Shown: positions 51,880 through 64,000, counted from the stretch's first letter. The stretch is DNA of 64,000 nucleotides from Epiperipatus broadwayi (GCA_028023455.1 JAQFVV010000007.1:16058001-16122000); one strand, 5' to 3'. A program made the numbers and translations. The notes: generated by a model not told the origin, from the sequence alone.

Positions 51880-52240
51880 TACAGATTAATATATATATAT
51901 ATATACCAACATTTTGAGTGTTTTTTATTTCCCTCTCATCTTTAGTCGTTGCTGGCCAGACCAGGGACAGTATTAGTATGGTAATTGAACCTGGGCATTT
52001 AGATTCTTGAATATTACATTTTAGGGTAATGCTCTAACCAACCTCAGGATGGCTCAGTTAGTTAAAGCATTACCTTAAAATTCAATATTTAAGAATCTAA
52101 AAGTTCAGGCTTGATTTCCATTCTAATACTATTACTGGCCAGGTCAGCATTATCCGAAGAAGAGAGGAAAATAATATCACTCAAAATGTTGTGTGTACAC
52201 TAACCCGTGTGCGATTACTAACAGATGAATGTAACGAAAA
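51880..52240. mobile_element. Family B head-to-head fold-back
   Basis: A-box-like TGGCTCAGTTAGTTAAAGC at 52050-52068; left arm truncated inside the A-box; hammerhead remnants at 51905-51955 (-) and 52145-52195 (+). Confidence 0.75.
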
Positions 52241-53021
52241 ATTTAAATAAAGATATTTTTTTTCAAAAGACATTATATTAGACGATTGAAGTAGTACAAC
52301 TTATAAATACAATTAAAATTCCATCAGCACAAACCTTCAAGAAAACAATGTGTTTATAATTTAAGCCTTACATATTTGATAATCTAAAATTTAAATTAAA
52401 ACCAATAGAATTTCATTTAATTAATAGTTGAAGCTGCAATTTGGCTTGATTGATGTAAGAAAGCTTCAGTCTTTTTGGGTGTCAGAGCTGGATTTATTCC
52501 TAAAAACGAATTGAGAAACAGATAAAAGTAATTATCCTTTATTTGACAAAATAGATTACCATTGACATAATAAAATATGGTTTTTGTTTGCAAGTTCACT
52601 TAAATGATTGTTTTGGGGTCTTGGTTGTGAATTACCCTAGTAACATATCTGCACTTGTTCATTTTGCGATTAGGTTTATATTTGATATGCCATCAAATTA
52701 TTTATGCACGCATTAAAACCATTAGGGTGAAATATATGTTATGAATTATTTATCAGTTCCCATGATATGGATAATTATTTTCTGTCTATACACTTATTTT
52801 CAGTTTTATTATTTGACTATTTCTTATATCTAAGGATATGTTTAATGAGTTATATATGTATTCATATCATGATCATAATTTCTACTCTTTACAATCACGA
52901 ATACACATTTTATGTATATAAATCCATTCAAATTTATTTTTTGCTGTATTGTAATATCAACAATTAAAATGACTATTATATAAAAATTGATTTAATTTAG
53001 TGTGATTTTATTTTATTTTAG

Positions 53022-53117
53022 AGACAAGATAATTTCAAGGAAGACGAAAGTTCGTTCGTTCTATTTTGATATGCATTTAATAGGCAACTACTGGGGATGT
53101 GATCTTACTCCACGGAG
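53022..53117 (+). CDS. AGXT: AGXT coding exon 7 (96 nt)
   Basis: Acceptor ttattttag; (R)DKIISRKTKVRSFYFDMHLIGNYWGCDLTPR(R); donor GTGTGT at 53118; frame continuous with exon 6. Confidence 0.93.
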
Positions 53118-55180
53118 GTGTGTTGAACTTAAAAGTTGTTAATTTATGTCTATATTTATCTATCTAATATATATATATGCAAACAGGATAAGAGCTATTT
53201 CCACATGGCTACATTCAAAGAGTGTTCTTTTCGAAAAATAGCATAATGTGTAATAGTATATAAAAGCGGTTCCCAGCCTTTTTGGGATAAAGTACCAGTG
53301 AATTTTAAGCAAGAAGATAGCGTACCTGTAGTTAAAAATTTTCAAATTTATATATGATGGAATGTAATAGAAACAGTCTATGTATTTAATTTATTTATGA
53401 CCATTACAAGGTACAGTTAGTTTTGAGAACAGATTGTCTTCAACAGGTGGAGAAGTAAATACAAACAGTCATTTAAATATAATTTTTTCTTTTGTTTAAA
53501 AGAATGCTTTCCTACACAACTTAAAATTAAATCATGAGTAGACAAGTCACATATATAAAAGTGTATAAAGTTAATCAAAGTTAAATTTTAAAATTAACAG
53601 TAATAGATTTTATTACGGTTATATATATATATGTGTAATAACAATCATTGTGTATTAAATGTGGTAAACATCACTAAACAACTTAAAACAATGACAGCCT
53701 AAACATTGATTAAATCAAAGGTCAAATGCAAAACCAAGCAATGCAGGTAGGAGTGAAATATAGCACGTGACTCTATATATTCTTTTGTTATTATAGATTG
53801 CTATGGAAATAATGCCATGTTAAAAGAGTTGAACGCGAATTCTTCCTAAGTTCGAACTCTGAGGCAACGGTCCTGAAAGAGAGTGATAAGACATAGATGA
53901 ACTGATCTAAATGGCACCTAGATTTGGTATGATAGTCTTACACTAGCATATTGTGTATGGGTGCTATCATGGATCAAGTACTTTATCATGTTGTCTCTAG
54001 CATCCTATATGAAGATCCCAAGTCCAACCGTAGTTAGATGCAGTTTTCTCTTTCCACATAGCTGATAAGACTGTATCATCTAGTGTAGCCAATGGCTAGG
54101 CATTGAATAATAGGTTTAACCTCACACATAGCCTTAGTATGAGTTGTTTGACTTGTCATGGCCAGCAGCCTATTATTGGACTAAACCATATATATATATT
54201 TGATCCTGTGCATCCTGTTACAATATAAATATAAAACTTAAAAGATTGCAATAAATTTAGTGAGAGGTATATTTTAAATATAATTATACAATATAAAATT
54301 ATAAAAATTAAAGAAAAAATGTGAACATATATATCACAAAATAAAAATACGATATAAAAAATAAAATATTTTTGAACATAAATATCATAAAAGTATAAAT
54401 GGTTAATACTCTTTAGATAGTAACAGATTATTTTAATTAGGGTGAGGTTTGCTCCTTGTTTATTTTTAACAAGATTAGAAATAACTGGTTAAATTTTGTT
54501 CTACTTAAGGTGAAGATGTGACTCAATATTAAACAAATTTCTATATTTGCTTTTTATTGCAATCATAGCAGAAAATCTGTTCTCACTTAAGTATGTGGTA
54601 CTGAATAGCATTAAAATTTTTAATGCTTATTGAGAGAATTCCGAATATTCTACCCAAGTAGACAGCCAAATTGTAACAAGCCGATACTCTGAATTTTTAA
54701 TTTCAATCCACTATTACTAATAAGATCTATAAAAGACTTTCACAATTACATTATCTGGAACCTTCTCTGTAAATGCGAAGGGATTGTGAATCCAACTGTG
54801 AGTCATAAAATTTTCAGCAAAATATTTTTGAAATCAATCTCTTCCATGCATGTCATTAATGACACTCTGTTATTGGTAAATTATATAGGATGGAGAACAC
54901 ACTGAAATTCCTTTTTCTCAATTTGTTTTTTAAGAAATGTTAATTTATTTTTAAATGCTGTTATTTAGAACTGTTAGCTCCCTGCAAACTCATAGTTAAT
55001 TTATTTTGCCATGACAAAGCATCTATTGTTTATCCTAGTCTAAATAGCCATTCTTTTTTTGAATCTCATGAATTAATGAGAAAAATATTTATCTTGAAGC
55101 ATAACTAAAAAAGTTGGCTGAGGACTTTGCCTTGTGAGAGCTGTCTAATCCTGAACCTCGTTATGAAGTAATAGCAATTA

Positions 55181-55790
55181 TGTTGTGTTTGGCTAAATTT
55201 ACAGGTTCAGTTCCAAACCAACAGACAAATGATGACTACTATGTATAATTTATTAGTTACAAAAATATACACACATGTTAGTTAATAAAACATAAATATG
55301 GTTTTTACAATTTAGTGCTGAAGTAGTCACACCGATTAATAGAACTCATTTCCAGCTATATAAGTAGCATGTCTTGTGAGTTCAAATATGATTCTTCTGG
55401 CTGTGCATTATGGCTTGTCTTGAATCAGCTTTAGTTCCGACTCTTCTGGCTATGTAGGACAGCTTGCCTTAAGTCAGCTGCAATCATAGTAGTTTCCAGT
55501 CCTTAGGTGGACTTGCCTCACTGTATGGACATCATGATAATGCCTAGAGAAAATATCTTTGCTGATAGTAGAGGATTTATTAGAGAGCACATTCAGTTGT
55601 TCAGGTTGATAGAAGTAATTGCTCTCTGCCTTGTCTCTAAAAAGGCTGACTATTTAATGGCAGATCCCCTACCTTACTGGAAACATTTGGATTATGTGCA
55701 CAAACTTCAATGAAAGACTTGTCCCCCTTGGATAGCAACCAGGTTCTAGATGATCAGGCAAAGAATCTGGAATAGTCCACTTCTATGATA
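55181..55790 (-). repeat. 3' LTR of the large Gypsy element
   Basis: Begins TGTTGTGTTTGGCTAAATTT like the 60179 copy; abuts the PPT. Confidence 0.88.
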
Positions 55791-55800
55791 TCTCTCCCCC
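55791..55800 (-). other. Polypurine tract of the large Gypsy element
   Basis: GGGGGAGAGA on the minus strand immediately upstream of the 3' LTR. Confidence 0.8.
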
Positions 55801-55869
55801 TGGCTAAATTTAGCTCTTGAGAACAATTATCGAGATGTACTGGATGATGTATTGTTTGTTTGGTGTTGG

Positions 55870-58800
55870 CTTCTGTTCATTGCTGTCTCTGACTTTTTTC
55901 ACTTGATGAAGTTGTTCTTGGATGTTTATTGCCACCTTGACTTTGATGTTCATCTTTTTTGCTTGATGTATTTGCCCCATGCTGGTTACTGCATTTGTCA
56001 GTTTCTGTTGTGTGGTTGAGTTTTAGCTGGTTGAAATGGCAATGATGTTGATGACCATCTTCTGTTTGCACAATGACAGTATAGAGATCCTTTACTTAAG
56101 TTACCACTGCTGGTATCCATTTTGTGAACTGTAGTACATACAGCACAGTACTTGTGTACCTATTTGAAGTTTTATTTTGTTTTTCTCTTCTTGTTCAAGT
56201 TTGGTATCAGGCTTCAGGGTTGATAGGATAGTTCTTAAGGATCTGTTGAATAGTAGTTCTGCTGGATTTTTCCCTGTTGCTGTGTTTAGTGTGGAGTGCT
56301 GCACTAGCAGAGTCCTGACAATTCTGATGTTCCAACTTTCTGTATCCATTTTTGTTATTAGCTTCTTCTTGTACCAATTTCTCTGCCTGACTGTTTTTTT
56401 CAAGGTGAAATGGAGAGCGCTTCTTGAGTTTGATGGTGTTATTAATGCAGAAGGCTTAGAATGCACCAGCTGAAAATCTGTGCCATTGTCAGTCATTAGT
56501 GTTGTAGGAAGACTGTGTGGTAAATAGCCTTCTCAGAGCTTCTATCAAGGCTGTGGAGTGGGGAGATGGTACATCCACAACTGACAACTTCTTGGAAGAT
56601 GAATCCAACACTATCAACAGCAGTTTGCCTTTCCATGGGCCAGCATGGTCCAGATGAAGTCTAGACTAAGGTTCTTCAGGTTTGGGCCACTGGATCCATC
56701 TTTTGCTCATATGTTCTGATTTATTGTATACTGCCAGCAGTGGTGGACTTTGGCTGATAGGCCACCACATGTATGATCTTGCCAGCATCTTCATCCAAAC
56801 TATCCCTGGGTGCCCATATTGCAACAAACTGAGCACCTGGAAACATCCTGTTAGGGAAATTACAACTCTGGATTCCCAGATTATATAAGCATGTTCAGTT
56901 GAGAGATTCAACCTACACATCCAGTATGCTGAGTGTAATTCAACTGGTTTTGTATTAGGTCAATCCTGTTGGACCCATTTTTGTAGCTTTTGGAATCATG
57001 GCTCATTGTTAGTCCACCCTGCCACTAACTTATTGTTTTGTGGTATGGTTGGATCTAGATCAATCATGTTAATTGTTTGACATGATGATGTAGGACTGTC
57101 TGTGACTTATGTAGGCAGTTGGCTTAATGCATCTACATGATGGTAATGCTTTCCCTTGACATATTGAAGGATAAAGTCATAGCATGATAGAAAATTTGAA
57201 TCACCACAGCATTTATGATGAGACATGCTGTGGGATTCGCTTATCAGATTCAAAGATGCCCTCAAGGTGTTTATGATCTGTTTGAAGTATAAATGGTTTA
57301 CCATATAGGTAGTCATGGAACTTTGATGCCATTGATCAAAGCCAGGGCCTTTCTATCTGTTTGAGCATAGTTTTTCTCTGCTCTAGAGAGGCACTTTCAT
57401 GCAAAAGCAATAGAACTGTGTGATCCATCATTATTCCTATGGAACAACAATGTCCCATTTTTATAGGTGATGTGTCACAAGTCAGCACTAGCACCTTTTC
57501 TGGGTTGAAATGTGCCAGCACTACAGTATCTGATATTAAATTCTTTAGCATCTTAAATGCTTTGTCATGCTTACTGTCCCACTTCCAGGATGTTTGTATA
57601 ATGGTTCAGCAGCCAACATTTTATGATTTAGAAAATTTTCATAATAGTTTATCAATCCTAAAAAGGACTGAAGTCCCTTCTTATTTTCTGGTGTTTTGGC
57701 CTTCTTTATTGCCAGCACTTTCTTTTGAGTTGAGTAAATGCCACTTCCCAGAAATTCAAGCTCTTTGGCTTCCAATATGCACTTCTCCCAGTTTATTTTA
57801 ATGCCAGAGGCATTTAATTTATCTAGTTAATTGGTCATTCTTCAGAGTTATTCTGGAGTTTGGGACACTAGTAAGACATTATCAAATTATGGTAGTGCAT
57901 CCAATATTCCAGTAGTTATTGACCTATGACTTTCTGGAAAATAGCTGGGGCAACCAATATACCTAAGGGCAATTGGTTCATTTTAAATAACCCTTTATAG
58001 GTTATTATTGATAATGCCCTTGCAGTTGGTCATCAACAGACAGTTGCAAGTATGCATGTTTTAGGTCAATTTGGTAAAAACCCTACCACCTGACAGTGTA
58101 GATAGGATTTGTTTCACTGATGGCAGTGGATAATTATTTGGATCACATGCTTTGTTGATTGAACAATGATAATCTTCACATATATGTATATCACAATTCT
58201 CTTTCATGACCAGTACTATAGGGGTGGCCCATTCAGAATATGATGTAAGCTCAATTATACAAACTGTCTGCCACTTCTCAAGCTCTGCTTCCACTTTAGT
58301 ATGCAAAGCTAATGGAAGATTTGCACCTACAGCTGATAGATTTTACCTCTCCATTTAATGGTCAATGAATTGGTTGCCCTATGTATAGATCTATCTCTTT
58401 GATAAAAACTTTTGAATAATCAAATTTTATTTTTGATAATGTTGTAAGCTTGTTCACTTTGGTAACTTTGAACCCAAATGACTGAACCAGTCACAGCCTT
58501 TTAAATCACTATGGTTACCAAATGCCACTACCAGAAGTAGGTAAATAGTTTTGTTAGGCATAGTAATTTTTTTTGTTATTTGACCCAACAGTTTTATTTT
58601 ATTCCTTAATAGTCTGATATTGACCTACTGCTGTTTATATTTATTCTCTTTATTAATGATTGTCTAGGTCTTTTTTGAAACTACAGATACTGCTGACCCT
58701 ATGTCAAATTCAATCCTAATTGACATGTCATTAATTATAACAGTGGGTATAAATCCAGACTGGTCATCTTTGATATTATTTATACAGGCAACTTGTTTAG

Positions 58801-59645
58801 ATTTCTTATAATTGCCTTTACTGTTTTTTGGAATTGGTTTTTCCATTCTCATATTGGCCATTTGTCTTTTCAATATCAGACATGCCACCTTTGTATGTCT
58901 GACTCACTTGCAAAACATACATGTTGCATCATGGTACAGGCATTGTGTATGTATGTGCATTTCTTCATTGCATCTATAACAAAGCCTTGGGCTATTTGAT
59001 GCTGAATTCTCTGACCTGACTGAATATTTGGATGACCGAGTGTTAGGCTCAATTTTTTTGCACCTCATACTTAGTAATTCTTTTTAGTGGGATAGCTTGA
59101 TGAGCTATTGTCTATGCTAGCCCTGCTTGAGCTACCACTGTCTCAAAATCTAGGTCTGGAATTATCAACAGTTTCAGCCTCAAATTGTGATCGTTTATGC
59201 CACAAATAAAATGATCATGAAGTGCTTCATTCATGAAGTCTTTAAAATGATCATGAAGTGCTTCATTCATGAAGTCTTTGAAATCGCACTTCAAGGCTAA
59301 TGTTCAGATTCTTGTTGCAAATTTTCTAGCTGTTTTCCCCTGTTCTTGTGTGCTGAGATTAAAATGGAATCTCTGCTTTATTGTCAAGGTTTTATGGGAA
59401 AAATACTCTGTGAGAATTGTCAACACTCTGTCAAAATCCAGCTCAGCTGGGGTTACAGCCATAGATTGAGATTTCAGTATATTATACATCTGTGGACCTA
59501 TTATGGTCATAAGTGTGGCTAATTTTACCTCAGGCTTTTTTATCTGGTTAGCCTGTAGGTAAAATATCAAGTGCTCTTTATAATTTGACTAGTTCTCAGG
59601 TTGAGCTGGGTCAAAAGCTTCCATAAAGCCAATTGCATTAGCCAT
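55870..59645 (-). pseudogene. Disrupted gag-pol of the large Gypsy element
   Basis: ATG at 59645; multiple stops and frameshifts split it into the short ORFs of the track (59304, 59112, 58664, 58061, 57545, 57336, 57107, 56666, 56101). Confidence 0.88.
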
Positions 59646-60162
59646 ATTTATTTATTTATGTGAGATATAACTTATATTTTTAATTTGATTCAGAGTTATC
59701 ACTCTTAATTTTTTGATTTTTTTCAGATAATTTTGATTTTATTCAGAATTACAAATCTTAAATTTTTGATTTTACAACTACATTGTTGTAACTAACTCAA
59801 CAAAGCTTTTAAACCATTAGGGTGATCTTTTGTTACTGTGTTGTGAATAAAGTTCTCATGATTGGTTATAGCTTCAAATTGACATGCCTTTACATTTGCG
59901 GTCAATTTTTATTTGACAGTTTTATGTGATTTTTAAAAAATCACCACCATGGAAGTATGGTGAATGTAATTTAAAAAAAAAAACAAAAAAAAAACGAAAA
60001 ACAAACGTGTCTTAAAAACATACGTATTTCTATAATGGGTTCAACTATAATTTTTCCAGCCATAAGAGATATTTTTTTTTGTCTGACACTGCCAGATCAG
60101 CTGAAACTGGCATATTTTATTCTATAATTTTTCCAGCCATAAGGGAAAATTTTTCCATACAT

Positions 60163-60174
60163 CTGACTGCACCA
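60163..60174 (-). other. Primer-binding site (tRNA-Ser-like, CpG-decayed)
   Basis: Minus strand TGGTGCAGTCAG, 4 nt inside the 5' LTR; equals TGGCGCAGTCGG with both CpGs mutated; the intact form is seen at 35073-35082. Confidence 0.7.
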
Positions 60175-60178
60175 GATC

Positions 60179-60784
60179 TGTTGTGTTTGGCTAAATTTGC
60201 AGGTTCAGTTCCAAACCAACAGACAAATGATGACAACTATTCAACACTTAATATGTATAATTTGTTACAAAAATATACACACTTGCAAAATGTATAAATA
60301 TGGTTTATACAATTTAATAATGTTGTGCTGAGTAATGAAACTCATTTCCAGATATATAAATAGCCTGCCTCATAAGTTCAAGTATGACTCTTCCATCATG
60401 CAATACAGCTTGCCATGAGTTGACTCTAGTTCAGATTTTTCCAATTGTGCAGGGCGGTTGTGGATGTAGCAGTTTCCAGTCCTCAAATGGACTTACCTCA
60501 CTGCATAGATCATGATAATGACTAGAGAAAATACCTTTGCTGATGGCAGAGGGTTTGTTGGAGAGCACGTTCAGTCATTCAGATTGACAGAAGTAATTGC
60601 TCTCTGCTTTGCTTCCAAAAAGGCTGACCATTTAATGGCAGATCCCCTACCTTACTGGAAATACTCAGATTATGGGTGGGAACTCCAATAAAGGACTTGT
60701 ACCCATTGGATAGTGACTGGGTACTAGCTGATCAGGCAAGGAATCTGGAATAGTCCACTTCTAAATGCAAGATCAGATATGACA
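60179..60784 (-). repeat. 5' LTR of the large Gypsy element
   Basis: TG...CA termini (tgttgtg...tatgaca); colinear with 55181-55790 but visibly diverged. Confidence 0.88.
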
Positions 60785-61731
60785 GTTCTCATCTTTATAT
60801 ATAGAATTAAAAATAATTGGGAATTAAGTGTTTTTGATTTGATCAAATTAACTATTTTTATAGCTTTATTGACAACAGATATTAAATGACAATTAAAATA
60901 ATAATAAAAACAAATAAATACGATTTGAAACTTACATCAATTGTTAAATTTATAAGTTTTAGAATTTATTAGATTGCACTTTACAGATTTAATAAAAGTC
61001 AATATTTAATTCACAAAACAAAGAACAACTTATAATTATTTTCAATACATTCGTCTGGATATAACACTACAAATAACTGTTACGCAGATTTTATGACTGT
61101 ACATACCACCATATAGGAAAAAACATAGGCAAGTATAAACATGAAATATTACTATTTCTCATCAAACTTTTACTTTGTTTTACTTTTTATTTAAAAAAAA
61201 ATTGTTGATATAAAAAAATTAACCAATTATACTTTTGAGATACATTTTTACAAATGTTTTAAAAAAATAATTACATGTTATACATAAGATATTTTGTTAT
61301 TTGTTGCATACCAGTAAATAGGTGTTCACATACTGGTACTGGTCATGTGTACCAATGGTTCAGAACCATTGGTATATAATTAAATAACATTTAATATATA
61401 TAATTTTAAGTGTTACTGAAAACCTGCTAATGCTATCTTCATTATCCAAACACTTTTCGCAGACCAAAATGATAATTGTATCAGATTGTTTGCAGTTGCT
61501 AAAAGCAGTTACATAATGGCATAAATGCAATTATTTAATTAAATTTAACAAATCATGTCACCTACAATATATCATATGAACTTAGTTTATAGGTATTGCT
61601 ATTCGTTTTCAAATTCTTCTATACTCCATACTTTATGCCATCTGGTGTAAACATTAGGAATTAATAGATAAAGATTTAATAAACATTACCATCTTGCATC
61701 TATTAATTACTAAAACTTACACTAGATGGCA

Positions 61732-61908
61732 TATATGTAAACAAAGGGAGCAAATCATTCTCCCCCAGACTATGATTTAAAAGCACTCTAAATATTAAAC
61801 AAAGAAACAAAAATACATTCATTCTGTTCTTGATTCCTTGTTTAACATTTAGAGTGGTTTTAAGTCATAGTCTGGGGGATGGTGATTTATTCCCCTTGTT
61901 TACATATA
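61732..61908. mobile_element. MITE-like fold-back
   Basis: tatatgtaaacaaaggg..cccccagactatgatttaaaagcactctaaat mirrored; loop about 25 nt. Confidence 0.72.
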
Positions 61909-64000
61909 CATTGAGCTATGTTTAATTTAAAGTTTAGATGGCATATATGTAAGGAAAATAAAATATATATACTAATCTTTTTAATAATGTAATCATTAGA
62001 TTTTATATCAATTTCTAAAATTATTATTTATATATATATGCTTAATACATTTATTGAGAGGCATTTAATTATGCAGGAATGTAATGAATTACTCATAACA
62101 TATTTAATTTTTCATATAAATTAAAAATATTAAAATAACTCACTAGTTTAGAAGATGAGAAGGAACAGATGAAGAGGAATAGAAGAAGAAAACATTTGCA
62201 TAAAAAACTTCTCATCAAAAGAAGAAGATTAATTAAAAATTAGAACTAATAGCATGTTTTGATAATCAGGATAAGATGATAATCATTAATCAGTATTACC
62301 CTTTTCTCCTGTCTTGGATTCATTGATATTTTTTTATTATTCTAGCATTCCAAAAGTTGATAGAATAAACACTGCAATCAGTGATAAGAATTTTTTCTTC
62401 TCCTTGGACCTGTTAAAGCAATAGGTCTTGTTTTAAATATGAATAGCAGCAGAACAGTTGTCATGGAAAACAAATCCAAGAATTCTGCTCCTGAAGATAC
62501 ATATCACAGCATAGAAACTAAGGCAGACAGACTCTGCCTTTAATATATGTTTAATTATGCTTTACAACAATGTCATATTGTAATTTAACTATAGTTATTT
62601 ATTATATAAATAGCATCTGATTTAGTCAAAAGGACTAAATATTTCATTGTAATCCATTTAACCAATTATTGTGTTATTACCTTGTATATGTGAAGTAATG
62701 CTATCTGGAATTATTAAACAGTAGCCCTGCATGGTTTGCCACAATTGGTAAACTATCCGACTCCCAGGATTGATTCTGTCACAGTTTTGGTGTTCAAACA
62801 TCTTATAAACTCCAGAGCAATAATGCCATATGTTTTTTTTATTATTATTAAACAGTAAGTTCAATTATCAGGAATCTCTTATTAATCTGTCAATATAAGC
62901 ACATTCAACATCCACAAATTTATAATTCATTTAATTTCTTGTTCTGTCATGGCTGCATGTGTAAAATCAACTCACACACTGGATACAGCAGAAAAAAAAA
63001 GAGCCTTGTAATGATATAACCAATTCATGAACTATAAATACACCCACATGTATCAAAACATTTGTTTGCCATCTTCCTATGTTGTCTTTTAATTTGTCAT
63101 ATTATAATATTCCATAACTTAGCCACATCCTCTCATTGAAAAAAAAAAGTGTATCTATTTGAATTCCACAAAAATCATACTCCTAATCAATAATAAGATT
63201 AGCACAAAGTTTTTTCTTTCATTAAATATTTGCAAGCTGTAACACATTATTATTTTTTAGTTTTATTTTTGTTCAATAGAGGGCAGAAGTTTTATATTAA
63301 TGATAAGTTTTATATTAGTAAGAGAAAACAGAATTAGAGTTGTGAATAAAGAATACGAATAAAAAAGAAAATATTTTAGAATCATATAAAAAATAAAAAT
63401 TATATAATATATGAAAGGCTGTATGATAATATTAAATGGAACTTATTGTTATTTGGAGTGATGGTAGGACCATTGGCCACCTAGAAAAGAGGTAAAAATG
63501 CAATAAGGATTGGGATTATAGATATATAATTTATAAGTAGATGGGCAGGAGAGTATTAATCACTTATTTGTGAAAGTATAAAATGTGGAAAAAGGGTTAG
63601 GATAACTTGTATGAAAAGTGGAAAAAATTTAAAGATAGTAAAAAAGATAGAGATTTTATTATTTTTTGTTTAGGTCATTTTAATGAAATTCAGATATAGG
63701 GGAATGGAATAAAAGAACTATCGAATCAGTTCACATAAAATAGAATAAAAGAAAAAAAGAAACCAGAATAGAGAAATCATTGGGTAATAGGTAATAAAAG
63801 TAAATGAGTTTATCATGCTATTTAAGAATTTTGAAGGGAGAGAATGTTAAACTTGAATATGAGGATATCTGGACATATAGTCTGCGGGCAGGAGCTTTTG
63901 TTTCATTTAAGAAATTGGAGCATATAAGAGCAGGATAGATGGAACTATCAAAACAGTGTTTATTAAAATGGAAAAAGAGGAAAAAAAGAAATGAAGTAAA

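Larger units (their letters stand above)
55181..60784 (-). mobile_element. Degenerate Ty3/Gypsy LTR retrotransposon (Mag-like), antisense in AGXT intron 7
   Basis: Paired LTRs 55181-55790 and 60179-60784; PBS and PPT present; broken gag (MANAIGFMEAFDPAQPEN*..HLIFYLQANQI), protease-region, RT (WATPIV..ICEDYH..YPLPSV..LSGGRVFTKL), RNase H (VLTCDTSP) and integrase (HPGIVWMKMLARSYMWWP) fragments in order. Confidence 0.93.

Noticed and set aside
18577-53021. Possible depletion of intact sense-strand hammerheads inside the AGXT introns
   Set aside because: By eye about four antisense versus two sense intact cores, too few to support selection against pre-mRNA cleavage.
61104-61135. YHHIG as the start of AGXT exon 8 (YHHT..)
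   Set aside because: No adjacent acceptor, and downstream residues do not match; exon 8 is probably beyond the window.

Overview
AT-rich, CpG-depleted animal DNA (probably arthropod; species not determinable from sequence alone). It contains one protein-coding gene on the + strand: alanine-glyoxylate/serine-pyruvate aminotransferase (AGXT). Six exons were located (1, 2, 4, 5, 6, 7; 18412-53117). All have canonical GT-AG borders and lengths equal to the human exons as I recall them. Exon 3 could not be found, and exons 8 onward appear to lie beyond the window. The rest is transposon-derived: two Gypsy (Mag-like) LTR elements, three Penelope-like GIY-YIG 3' ends, RTE and RTE-X/L2-like LINE fragments, tRNA-derived SINEs and many fold-back elements. 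The most striking pattern is a high density (over two dozen by eye) of minimal type-I hammerhead-ribozyme motifs with palindromic stem III. They belong to several unrelated short repeat families that mostly sit as head-to-head inverted pairs. One Penelope family has an A3-U8 core variant, one family fuses a tRNA Pol III head to a hammerhead, and one family carries a CTCF-like motif in its tail that is tandemly amplified. Ribozyme activity is untested. One LTR shows systematic G deletions that suggest a poorly polished assembly segment. All alignments and folds were done by eye; repeat boundaries are approximate (about +/-20 nt), and exon/LTR borders were counted exactly.
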